DNA of 64,000 bases, taken from Antedon mediterranea (lineage: Eukaryota; Animalia; Echinodermata). The position numbers and the translations under genes are program-made. Under the pieces are notes generated by a model. It made no database searches. It was not told the origin of the DNA and saw only the letters and a program-made list of their open reading frames with translations. Below, piece by piece: positions 1-12,048 of this stretch. The stretch's first letter is position 1; each line of letters starts with the position of its first letter. The stretch is taken from positions 18,769,432 through 18,833,431 of the forward strand of contig NC_092679.1 in the NCBI RefSeq assembly GCF_964355755.1. The letters are read 5' to 3'.

Positions 1-596
1 TTTATGGTATTATTTTAACCTATTCAGGGCCCCCAGCTATTTACTGTAGCCCAAATTTAATAGTTCTTCATCCCCAAAGGATATGTGATTGAGGTAGATG
101 AGGATACAGTTTGAAAAGGTTAAATGACATACAAATGTCTGTCAAGAATAAACAATCAATCAACCTTACCTGTATGCCTTGAATGCTATTTGAATTATGT
201 ACAAGGCACAGTCTGGTATAAACCTCTCTTTCATAAAAGTCACCTCCCCCATTTGTCTGGTGGTATTTCATACGGATGTTGTATATATCTGACTGGATCT
301 GGAAAACCAATTCATCGAATGTGTTTTATAAATGCCAATTAGTGTACAAGATAAAGATTAATCAGAAAGTAAACCTGTTTTTGTTGAACTCATTGGAAAA
401 GAGAGGTGTACACAACAATTATGTAACAGGATAACTACCAATATGGAGGTACATACCTTCATGCCGTACTATATAGAAACTACAGTAGAACCGTAGATAC
501 AAAGAAGACACACTCAGGAGCCAACAAAGTGTTCTCTTAATAAGAGTGTGCCCTGAATTGGAATGTTGTTCCATGGATAGGAGTGTTCCATGAATA

Positions 597-917
597 GGGG
601 TGGCCGAGCGGTTAAGACAGTGGAACCATAATTACGTAGCCATAACATCGGCAGGGGTTCGAGGCTCACTCACTCCATGGTTCTGGTGGTAGAACGAGTC
701 TTCTCGGATAAGGACTATAAGCTGTAGATCCAGTGTACACATCTAGCTCGTGTGCACTTTAAAGAACCTAGTACATCTTTCGAGACGAGTAGGGGGTTAC
801 CCCGGTGTATTAGTACATCACAGCCACTGATCACCAACTGGGCCCTCTGGGAGACCAGTCGTTGACTGAAGAGGTTACCCAGTATGAATATAAATTTCAA
901 TCAATCAATCAATCAAT
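597..917 (+). mobile_element. tRNA-derived SINE with Deu/Nin-like core and (CAAT)n tail
   Basis: A box TGGCCGAGCGG and B box GGTTCGAGGC; core GGATAAGGACTATAA...TTTAAAGAACC...GAGTAGGGGGTTACCCCGGTGT resembles the DeuSINE/AmnSINE core; ends in TCAA repeats. Confidence 0.8.
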
Positions 918-1179
918 TTGGCTGCAATGTTAAAACATATATTACTCCTCCTCATTCTGTTCAAATATCCACTTTAGGGGTGTCCCAAAGGAAGGGTCCT
1001 GTGGAAAGCTTTCAGTGATTTTTACCAGGCCTATTAGCATTATAACATGACGCTTGAAGATTTACTGTAGAAAGTTTTAAATGGCATTTAAACACTGCAC
1101 CCTAATTTGATGCCAGGCTGATCTCTGTCAAGTTGATTATCTATATATTTCTAATTTTGGCATTAATTCTAGGTTATTT

Positions 1180-1318
1180 AAGTTCTGGCTACACTATCAA
1201 ACTTTGTGACAAAAAAATGTGATGTGCCCATATATGGACATGATATTATGCCCTTATTTGAGTACATCAATACCATATTTGGGCACATCACACTAGTTTG
1301 ATAGTGTATAGACAGGCT
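1180..1318. mobile_element. MITE family A copy (PIF/Harbinger-like)
   Basis: TIR ...CTACACTATCAAACT / AGTTTGATAGTGTA..., internal GTGATGTGCCCATATATGG shared with ~9 other copies in the window. Confidence 0.75.
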
Positions 1319-3378
1319 CATTTGAAAAGTGGATAGTTTTAACTAATAAAACATCTGTGTCTTTCATGTATATTCTCAGGCCATTCTATGTTATGAGTTT
1401 CACATAATGAGTGTGAATTTATTTGTCATGTTTTGTTGAAATTGTAATTTAAGATAGAAATTAAATATTATACGAAATGATAACAGCAGCCTATTTGTAA
1501 CTTATTGACTCGATTCAGACTGAACAAAGTAATTATTTCAACAGTATTAGGTTTCATTAGTAAAAATCAATGAATGTATCTGATTGGTTAATTCAAATGT
1601 AATAAACAAAACCCAAAAAATTATGAGACTAGATTGTCATTTACTTACAATGGTTGAGGGTGCTGTTTATGCAAAGTTTGTAGAATCTTGTGCTAGAGGG
1701 CAGTGTTGAAGTTATATGAATGTGTAATTTTAATACAGTATACCTTATGGATTGTTAATAATTGTTTGGAGTGACTAAAGAGTGTTAGAACAGAATGATG
1801 AGTTTGTTCAAGTTGAAATGAGGCGTTCCAATTTTTCTGAGAGCCTCCTGAATTTTCATCGAATCTCACAATCTCCCGAATATTAATTAAATCTCCTGAA
1901 ATTTTAGTGTTAGGTTAAAAACAATTTCAAACCCACATTTAAAGTCTGAATTCGGTTTTTTAGAAGGTTAATTCCATATACAGTAATTACAGTACATCCG
2001 ATTTATTAGTTGCTAGAATGCTTGACTGCATCTCTGATAAACATCTTCATGCAGAGTATATTTTTATAAGTTTAAAAATGTGTCAAATTTGTTAAAATGT
2101 GTCAAAAAGGTTGGAACGTCTGTAAAATACAGATAAAATAAATGCAGTTTCAAGAAAACAATCTCCTACTAATACTAACCAGTGACTGACATCAGTAATG
2201 TGATTTTTTTTCTGGAGCAAACCCACGATCCAGAGGAAATGGTTCCCATTCCATCTCTGTGTCACTGGGTGTGTTGATGATATTATCAGATTCCATGTAG
2301 ACGATATTAATGCCAGATTCCATTGACTAGGACTCTCTCCATCGACATCACTAGTTGTATAGATGATACAGTAGTGGCAAATTCCATCTCTGGTGATGTA
2401 GATGATGACAATGCCAGATTCTATCGACATCACTGGTTGAAATGATGGTGGCAGATTCCATTACTTGTGGTGTTTTGGTAGATTTCATTTTCTTCTAAGG
2501 TTTTGTTGAGCATAAATAAATAAACTGAAAGATAAATAAAAAAATACAATTAGAGATACCTACTATACTAGCCTAGACTTTTAAAAAGGTAGATTCACAC
2601 CTAGCTTCAATTCCAGAGAACGGAAGACAGCACTATCTTTACAAATAATTGAAAGAGCCCCATTAAATGAATTAGGTATGAATGCAACTTAAAATAAAAA
2701 TGGAACAAAGCAAGTAATATCGTAAATTAACATTTGTATTGTAAATAAAGAGTACATAGTCATAGACCTTTTTTAGTCCCAGAGACAGAGTAGGCCTCTC
2801 TTCTAGTCTTTCAAATAGTAATACACACACAGTCAGTGGTGTGCTTTGGTTATGTTATTGTTAGTAATGTTACAATTTTATTTTACTTCAAATTCTATTA
2901 AGCCTAGGCCTCTCTAGCTAGCTAGTCTAGTAGTAGTAGGCCTACCACCAGTATGGCAGTAGTTAGTTACTGTAGGGTGTAGGAGGCTAGATACTACTTA
3001 ACTAGGCCTAGGCTAGTAGTAGTAGTAGTAGTAGTACTATAGTATTATTAGTACCAACCAAGGCCAGGAAGGGGCCTACCCTAGTAGGCCTAGGCCTAGG
3101 CTAGTAGTAGCTAGGTAGCTAAGAAGGAGGAATACTATAATATAGGCTAGGCCTAGTAGTACTGTCCGGATTCCAGCCTCCGTAATAATTATGAGATTTA
3201 TGCATTTACTATTTGTATATAGTGTAGGCTAGGGCGCAGTTTTTACATAACATAATTTAAATGTATAAAATTATTCTATGCAAGCTATGGCCTAGGCTAG
3301 GCTAGTCGCGTCGATCGTCTGCTTCGTGTTGTCACATGTGCGTTTGTTTGTTTACGTTTTTTAACTATCGTGAAATAG

Positions 3379-3392
3379 AGCGCCCTCTAGCA
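3379..3392 (-). promoter_or_regulatory. CTCF-like motif upstream of tRNA gene
   Basis: reverse complement TGCTAGAGGGCGCT matches the CTCF core (CCACYAGRGGGCGC-like). Confidence 0.45.
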
Positions 3393-3571
3393 TTACAAAA
3401 ATGAAGATTTTAACGTCCTAAACACAGTCATATTTCTCATTTTATATAGGTTAATGATTAAAATATATAAATAAATATTATATAAGTGCCTAAATACTAC
3501 AGAATTAATTTTATTGTACTTTTAAAAACTAAAATAATTGTATCTTATCTTTGTGAGCTTATACGCAACAA

Positions 3572-3653
3572 GACGAGGTGGCCGAGTGGTTAAGGCGATG
3601 GACTGCTAATCCATTGTGCTCTGCACGCGTGGGTTCGAATCCCATCCTCGTCG
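3572..3653 (+). tRNA. tRNA-Ser (anticodon GCT)
   Basis: 82-nt GACGAGGTGGCCGAGTGGTTAAGGCGATGGACTGCTAATCCATTGTGCTCTGCACGCGTGGGTTCGAATCCCATCCTCGTCG; intact acceptor stem, long variable arm, A/B boxes; followed by CCA and T6 Pol III terminator. Confidence 0.97.
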
Positions 3654-4429
3654 CCATTTTTTAAATGTTTTTTTATCGCTTTGATTTTTTATATAAAGTA
3701 TATTAACAATATTGTTTTGCTTTGTGTTATCACTGTTCATTATTTCCACTCGATTTTCTATTTTTAGTCAAATTCAACAGCAGGAAATCCACCAATAACA
3801 CCAATAATAATAAATAGATTTCAAAATTATTTCAGAAAAGTAAACTTTGGTGTTTCTTTTTATGTTGTTGTGAGATTACAATTTTCAGCTGCATTTTGTG
3901 ACTAAAATAATACAAAATACTAATATACAGTATTTTAAAAGAAAAAAAGAACAACCTCAATAATTCATTTCATAAATTTTATTTATTCTTCAATTTGATT
4001 CAAAAATGGATTTGTAATTATACAGTAAAAATTAGTATATATATATATTTAAATTGATCAAATTACATTTTATTGTTAAATAAAGTTCAGTTTCTTTAAA
4101 ACTATTTGTTATAAATTTAAGTTTTATTTCTCAGGATGGTCAAAGACTTGCAAGTAGTGTACACATACCTGTATTGTACTTATTAAAAGTGGAGTATACA
4201 ACATTTTGTTTTACATATTTTCGTGGAATAAATAGAAAATATAATCATTCAATAAAAATATGATTAATTAAAATGTAATTAATCAACTGTGAAGTTACAG
4301 GTCATTTTAAAAAATAAAGAGGGTGAGGGAGGGTTTCGAAAATTGGACAAAGCTAAAAATAACATTTTGACATGTGACATTTGCATGATGTTTGGTAATT
4401 TTACAAATCAAATTTGGTTATTAAAATCC

Positions 4430-4523
4430 TCATTTTTTAGGAACCGGGTCGATTGTAGATAGCAGTACACTCTCATTTCTACCAGTTCCTGGTTTCATAT
4501 CAGACCAATACTTTCTATTTCCT
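4430..4523 (-). CDS. BHMT: BHMT-like exon 9 (terminal)
   Basis: [32 protein letters not shown] acceptor. Confidence 0.85.
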
Positions 4524-7500
4524 CTGCAAATAAATAAAAATAACATAATTAATTGTTATCATATATAAAAATTAAATAATTCTTTGTCTTAAACCACATT
4601 ACTACATAATAGCATATAAGCCTAACAATATATAAATAAAATGTAAGAAAATTCAATATACAAATTGAAATCTAGCTCTTGTAAAATATATACAAGAACA
4701 TTTATATTATTATTTACAAGATATACAGTACTGTAGTCATCAAATACAGTGGATGGGAGGTGGAAGGGGGTGTCTCGGAACAAGCTACAGAAGCTCAGTG
4801 TACAGGCTATATAACAAGAGTAAGATATAGATAATACTAAACAAGTTAAATCAGATCAAACCAAGGTAAGCCTAATTGGTTGATTGGTTCTATGTTGATG
4901 GTTAAAATTAATCAATGCTGATTATTTTTTATCTCTTGTGAAATATATCTGATACAAGAACAGTTTTATTATTTCCAGGATATAGTTATTATATAGATGA
5001 GTCTTTCAACCCATAAAAATACAGAGGATGTGGGTGTCCTGAAACAAGCTACAAAAGCCAGCAAACAGGCCTGAAGTATCAAGCAATTCCGTACCTTGCT
5101 CGTTGTTCTTCAAACATACTATCCTTAAGTCCTTTAAAGCCTGAAGACATGTCTTGACCAGGAGGACGGCATCCTCTTTCTGCCGCTAGCTGAAAATTAA
5201 TTTAAAAAACAAAAATTAATTCAAGATTTCTACACAGTAGAACACTTATTCAATAGAATAGTTTCTCGAAACATGTCACATTTACATTTTAAGGCAATTT
5301 GCCTTTTTATTAAATGCCTCGTTATAGTCATCCTAACTCGCAAGTTTGGTGGTATTATTCATGATATGGCTGTGAATGTTTCAACGTTCCGTGGATATTG
5401 TGCTACAACTATTCCCCAGAAGACGGTTGTTGTATAAAGCTCTGTCTACACTATCAAACTTTATGCAACATAAAAATGTGATGTGCCCATATATGGACAT
5501 GATGATGTCATATCACTACTATATTTGGGCATATCACTACCATATTTTGGCCATCATACTTTTTTGTCACATAAAGTTTGATAATGTAGACAGGGCTTTG
5601 CAACCGAAACATCAATACAGTACATTAAACCTTACTATACTGTAGTGTTTCTTCAGCATGCAAACCTTTAAACAATATTACCGTATTATATTATTATTAT
5701 ACTTACTTCTTCTGCCAGAGCTCTAATATGATATGGTTCAAATCCACAGCAACCACCGATGTAATTTACGCCAAGATTATAAGCATCACGTGCAAACTTG
5801 TGAACATCCATACGATTTAACAAACGTGTTTCCATTGCTGAAAAAATAAAATAGGAATATTAATATTTTTTATTTATTGCCGAAAAATTATTTTTACCTA
5901 TATTTTTTCCTGTACTATTCAATTCATTTAGATGTGGTTTTGTTTGGATTTCATACCATCCAATGAAAAGGTAAAATATATAAATGGCACACATACAGGA
6001 ACATTCCCACCAATGCAAAAGATAGGACATTGGGTTAATTCAGCATTTTTACAAATTTAAGGGCTTCACTATTTGAATGGATCTTCTACAGCCATATTCA
6101 CCATTCACACTTAGACAAAGGGAAACACTTAACCTTAAAAAAAAATCTCCTATCTAAGTGAATACAATTTAAGGGAAATATTTATTGAGTTAAGTGAAAT
6201 ACTTAATATTTAAGTTCCCCACCCATATTCAAGTACCTATTACGTATAACAATATCAATGAAATTCAAACCAATTGATAATCTAAGTCTACATTCTATTG
6301 ATAAGTTTATCAATTATCAACATGAACACACGTGGTTTGTAAGGAGGTTGTAGATACCCTCTAAATTATAGATAAACTTTTCACCCTAACCACTATGGAC
6401 CTATTTCTGTTGTTGAGGAACTGGTTCAGTACTGTGTGAATTAATTACCTAAACTTTGGCAGCAGTAAAAGTTTTTGAGGAAATAATCGTTAACACATTT
6501 ATTGTGCAATTTTAAGTTTCAGCTTTGCAAAATAATGGTTGATAAATCTGACTGAGCCTAAGTATAAACATATTTTTAACAAAATGGAACACACATTGAA
6601 ATGTGAACTGGTTGTTGTTTATATAAAATTTAAATTGTTAAAATAAAACTTATTTTTAAACTATTCAGCAGAAATTATGACCAAAATTGAAAATAAAAAA
6701 AATTAGTGTTTTGTGGTATAATAATATGTACTGAAATTCGGTGAGATAACCCTAATATGAAAGGCTGTTTTTCACATTCATGTGAATTGGTTGTGCAATT
6801 TTAGCATAAAAAAAATTAATGAAAATATAAACGTGCATTTTAGGGGGAAAATACATCTTTAATAAAGTAAATTAATAAATCAATCTGTCATCTTTACTTA
6901 CCAAAGGGAAATTCAGGCAATGCAAAATAGCCTCTAGTATCTTTTTCAATTTCTTGCGTATGGTAGCCTACGGGCTGTGTCATTAGAAACACCTTGAGGT
7001 CATTTTTATCCAAAGTATCCTTCATCATCTTAAGAGTTTTCAATGCGATAGCTGGATCATACATACAGTTAGTTCCTATAATGTCAGCACCTGATTACAT
7101 ACAAAATAAAATTGCATAAAATACAATGAAACCCCTTAACGTATAAAAAAAATAGTAGGGTATCTGTTAAGCTTGATTCCCACTAGAGATGCAACACATC
7201 GGCACAAGAACGTTGAGAAGCTACAGTTTGAATAATCCATCACTTGTGATTGGTCAAATTACTTGTGTTGCACTTACGTCTTTATGTTGCGTCCCTATTG
7301 GGAACCAAGCATTAAAACAATGTTATGTTAATTTGTTGTGATGTCTTATTAATAATATGGATTTAAATGGAACACATACCATTCAAGAGCACTCAAGGCA
7401 CGTAAAAAAAATGATGAGAGTAAAGGGAATTTAGAATGTTTTTTATATTTATTTTAAAAATATCTTGGACTGAAAATACTGTAAGTAAAATACCTGCTTT

Positions 7501-10500
7501 AGCCATCCTCAAAGTACACTCTTCAACAGATACTCCATCAAGATCGCCACATATACCAATTCGCATTGTAGTAGCAATAGGCATACCAGCACCTTTCATT
7601 ACTTCTATAGCCCATTCCATTTCTACAATGTGGCCAAAGAACTATAAACAAAAAAACGATTTCCAAATGATTTATTATTTGATTTTATTGAAAAAGATTA
7701 AATTAATTATTAAATCTTAAATGGTTGTTCGTATACTAAAAATCTGATATGAAAGTGCAGGAGTTGTAGCTTGGTGGTTATGATGTTTGGCTACCACTTC
7801 AATGGTCCTGGGTTCAAGCCCTGTCACATCAGATTTTTTCTAAACTACAACTCCCCTCCCAAAGACTTGTAATAAGACTTTGTTTATGTAGCGCATCTTG
7901 TGTATATGTTTGTCTTGTGAACCTCTGAGGGTCCCCCTAATGATCAGCAAATGCTGGATGGATCACGCTCATTAAATATGGTAAAATAAATTCTTTTAGG
8001 GAACATATGTCAAAATCATACAACTGCAGTTACTGCAGTAACTACATTTTGTTTACTCTTTAACCTGTTTATGTAATCATTTAGCAATTTTGTTTGGGGT
8101 AAACACATTGTTTATTACAGCAGTAACTATCTCATTTTAAACTGCTACATTGAAACGAACGAAATCATACATTATCACAGTGGAAAAATTGTAGTTACTG
8201 CATGAATAACTGTAGTAGAATCATTTTGACATGATCCCTTAGGATCTGTAAGACAACATTTTGTATGGCATATGTAGGTTTTTCACCATTATTATGCTGT
8301 ATAAACAGGTTTCAGTATCTTCCTATACAAAGGCTAATAGCGAAGGTCTCTATCAAAATGTAGTGTTAACATTGAGCAAACAAAGGTTATTTTAAATAAA
8401 CATGGACAGAAGGCACTGGAGTGTTTTAAACAAGTTAAAAATATTAACTATGTTCAATGAATGCTTGAACATATGGCTAGTCATAATGACTTTGCAATTC
8501 TAATAAGCATGATCTTGACAAGATATATCAACAATTAAATGTGTTCAAATATGCACAATGACAAGGACATTATATGTGAGTGATTATTAATTTCATAACT
8601 TTAAAATTTTTTCAATTTAAAACTAAAATCTATGAAAAATTTATACTGAAACCAAGAATATTACTAATGGACAGGAGTCTATTTTGTGCCGCTGCTTACC
8701 TGGATAAACCAACAATATAGCACTCTCTCTCTCTTAAGAGAGGATACAATTACGTACAATTGTGTATTTTAATGTTTCAGATAAAACATACAATTCAGAT
8801 TATTTTTCTGTGGTTTTTTTCCTCATTTTTAAAACTCACTTCTGCTAGCAAAAAATCAACTTTTTTCTTCTTGTAAACCTCTATTTGTTTGCGGAACTCT
8901 CCTTGCACAAACTCTTTGCCCTTGCCTTCAGTGTAAGCCGGTGTTGGTGAAAGACCTCCGCATACTAAGATACCGCTGTCACCAGCTACCTCAAATGCTA
9001 TATTACAGGCCGATTCATTCACCTCTTCACTCTAAAAATACAATATAAATTCACATTTTTACAAACACAGTTTGTAATTCACAGAATTGAATTACTTTTT
9101 CTAAAATAATTAAAATAAATTGCTTTTTAAAACAGGGCTGTAGCCACCAGTACAGTTTGTTTTTGCAGAAGCCGTTGACAACTTAGTGGCTTAAACAGAG
9201 ATTGTTCCCTTTCTTGCAAAAACCGCACCACTTGATTTATTTCACTGTCACTGTAAAAATGTATTGAACTTTTAAATCAAAGTTTTATCCAGTATGTTTC
9301 AATGCCTACAGATAATATCAATAAAACTTGGGTGCAGGATTCTTATCCTTCTTTCAGAGGATTAAAATCTATTTTAAAAACTTTTATTTCCAAAGCACTT
9401 TGAAATTTAAAAATTTGTATTGCCATGCCATGCCATGCCAATTTTAATTTAATCTATTGAAATAAATAATTGGTTCCCGTACTATTTCAGAGCAGGACAA
9501 AACCCTAAAGAATCTGCGTTGTCTAACTTTTTATTGCCATTGACTGCTTTGTTCCTGTAATGGTAATATTTCCTGTTAACCCTTTTGACCTCTTCCATAA
9601 TGGGGGGCCCTGGGAAAGGTGACAAATACGCATGAATGGGCAGAGCTTTTTATATTAAGCAGAAATGAACTAGAAAACTCTTTCTCAATTTATATTTGCC
9701 CCATCCTTTCACCAATTAACGATATTAAATTTATTTAGCATTGGTGCTCTATGTTTGGATTCAATGGTAATAGAAGACTAAAGGCAATTTTCAAACAAAC
9801 TTAACTCGACAAACAGATAAAAACAAATTATATGGCCATTCAGTCAAATATTAGCAACCACCTTTTTATACTAAACTATATAGTACTAAATAAAATTTAT
9901 CATAGATTTTGTTTCTTATTATTCTACTTTTTGAACTGATACTTTCAATTTGAATTAGTAAGGAAAAAAATGCTGTCCTCTGTGAAAAAAAGAAATTGAA
10001 TCTTTATATTTCCATGAGTTAAAGAGACTGTTCTATTCAATAAGGCATAATCGATGAGTTGAATATAAAACAAGGAATATAGAACATTCATTTGTTTTAT
10101 AACTATCATTAAATTAATCTGCTGCTTCCAATAATCAATGTTGCAGTTCACACGAGAGACTAGGCCATTCATAAAGACAGGATTTTGATTTTGGTCACAG
10201 AGTAGAACAGCAGCCTGTAGTCGACACGAACTACAGGTCAGTTTTTAAACAGTTAGCAGCGTCAACATTTTGTACAAAAAGCTACTGTGTAATAGAATAA
10301 TTAAATATAAATTTTACAGTGCAATAGAGCAAATACTGAACAGCACATGATGTATTAGGTGTACCTACTGTGTAAGTGATTTTTTTGCCTTTTCCTGTTG
10401 TAAAAGATAGTTTGTCATCGGTTCCATAAAATGAGAATGCTTGTATGATATCTGAACCAGCACGTATATAATCCTTATGCAGTTGTTTTACTAAAATATA

Positions 10501-12048
10501 CAATACAGAGAGTTACTGTAGCTCTAGTAATAAAAAACATGATACAGGGGGAGGTTAAACATAAAGTACCAGTACGTCTTAGCTTATTGTGTTTTTCACA
10601 ACTTGAGGTGGCGGGCCGGCTTGCAAAAGTCTTTATAAATTACCTCTCACGTTCATCAGCACCACATCACCTCCCACTAATAGTGGTGCTGTAACTTTGT
10701 ACCTAGCATTCATGCTGAGCCATCCGCAGCACAGCTAGTGAATGTTTTAAATTGGGTGGGTTAGGTGCTAAGTACAGTAGTCCCCCTAATAATAGTTAAT
10801 TAGTGATACAAAATCTGAGTTACCGGCTTCTGGATATACAACAGATGCCTCTGGGGTCCAGGTACCAGCTAATACATATCCCCTCTTTTCCAGCGTGATA
10901 ACATAGCTACCATCTCCTATCACTGGTTTCTCTGCCAACAACTCAAGTATTCCTTTCTTTTGCTTAAAAAAACAAACAATAGAAAGTTGTACAGATCAAA
11001 ATGCTGTATAAATAATAATAATAATCATAGTATAGAATTATTCAAATTTGCTTAAAACCAAAAACTCCTCTCTCAGACACACTATTTATTAGGAATAGGA
11101 GTAGGAGAGTAGATTGATATGTTATGCTTTTGGCTACTACACACTACTTTGTAGAAATAGATGTTGCTGGTGGAGTTTTTAGTTTTTGCAAATATAAAGC
11201 ATACCTTTTCTCTCTGAGAACTTGTCGAAAAGCTGCACATCGAAAATCGAGCAATATTTTTAGACCTAGCAAGGGCCAAAGTTGATCGGAAAACAGGTCC
11301 TAAATACCTCATTTTGTGTTACTCTTATATTAATTCAAATCATAACCAGTACAACATAGAAATCAGTCAAGCGTAAAATAAGCACCTGCTATGAACTTTA
11401 GTGAACTGACCTTGAGGCTCGCGACCTGGAGTACTGTACCATCAAGATTAGTTTTTTTAGAACTATATAGGCCTACTGTATTATCATATTATTATATTGA
11501 TCATTGTGATAAAAATAAACGCAAATCTGCTTTAATACAATGAAATACTGATTTGAATACTGAATTTAATATTAGTTCCGCAAAATATTCCAAAGAAATA
11601 TGGAAATTGAATTTGAAAATTTGAAACGCAAAATCTCAATCAAATCCTAATTAGTAAGTAGTTAATTAATTTACTCCATATTCGGTACAGATCGGACTGT
11701 TTAATCTGCTGGTGATTGTTCTAATTTAAAAAAAAAAAAAAATATTACGCTATAAATACACCTCATGAAGTTATACAGTATCTTCATGGAAAAGTGTTAC
11801 GTAATAAATGTGTTTTTGCACACCACCCTTTTAGATTGCAAATGCTTCTTTTACTGTGATTCCGTAGGTATCAGGAAAGACCAAGTTATGTGACCTAAAT
11901 TTCCAAAACCCACTACAGCTAGCTTACTGTTCTACAATGTAGTAATCGAGACTAAATATTAATGCAAAGTTTGAAACTGGGCAATATAATATCACCATGC
12001 ATATAAAGACGGTAAAAAAAAAAAAAAAAATTGTTTTACCTGAGACAT
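4430..12048 (-). CDS. BHMT: Betaine-homocysteine S-methyltransferase family protein, 9 exons, ~372 aa
   Basis: join(12040-12048,10824-10962,10369-10490,8840-9031,7494-7641,6902-7090,5707-5837,5095-5189,4430-4523), all GT-AG and phase-consistent (1119 nt); motifs [25 protein letters not shown] (Zn Cys), [26 protein letters not shown]. Confidence 0.93.
5095..5189 (-). CDS. BHMT: BHMT-like exon 8
   Basis: [32 protein letters not shown]. Confidence 0.88.
5437..5598. mobile_element. MITE family A copy
   Basis: AAGCTCTGTCTACACTATCAAACT...TTTGATAATGTAGACAGGGCTT. Confidence 0.8.
5707..5837 (-). CDS. BHMT: BHMT-like exon 7 (GGCC zinc ligands)
   Basis: [43 protein letters not shown]. Confidence 0.95.
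6902..7090 (-). CDS. BHMT: BHMT-like exon 6
   Basis: [22 protein letters not shown]...QPVGYHTQE...LPEFPF. Confidence 0.95.
7170..7311. mobile_element. Harbinger-like MITE
   Basis: TIR GCTTGATTCCCACTAG / CTATTGGGAACCAAGC flanked by TAA-like sites. Confidence 0.6.
7494..7641 (-). CDS. BHMT: BHMT-like exon 5
   Basis: [50 protein letters not shown]. Confidence 0.93.
7759..7985 (+). mobile_element. degenerate tRNA-derived SINE
   Basis: A box TAGCTTGGTGG, B box GGTTCAAGCC, LINE-like 3' GGGTCCCCC...ATTAAATA tail. Confidence 0.5.
7997..8241. mobile_element. MITE family B (GGGATCATGTCAAA TIR); further copies ~20762-20933 and ~29477-29639
   Basis: GGGAACATATGTCAAAAT...ATTTTGACATGATCCC, shared internal GTAGTTACTGCA. 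Confidence 0.65.
8840..9031 (-). CDS. BHMT: BHMT-like exon 4
   Basis: [33 protein letters not shown]...VDFLLAE, GTGAGT donor. Confidence 0.93.
10369..10490 (-). CDS. BHMT: BHMT-like exon 3
   Basis: [30 protein letters not shown]...TYT. Confidence 0.92.
10824..10962 (-). CDS. BHMT: BHMT-like exon 2
   Basis: [46 protein letters not shown]. Confidence 0.93.
12040..12048 (-). CDS. BHMT: BHMT-like exon 1 (MSQ)
   Basis: ATGTCTCAG|GTAAAA, phase 0 matching exon 2. Confidence 0.65.

Noticed and set aside
64-342. Possible plus-strand exon/ORF with Cys residues
   Set aside because: Two in-frame stops precede the ATG and no family is recognisable; at best a pseudogene fragment
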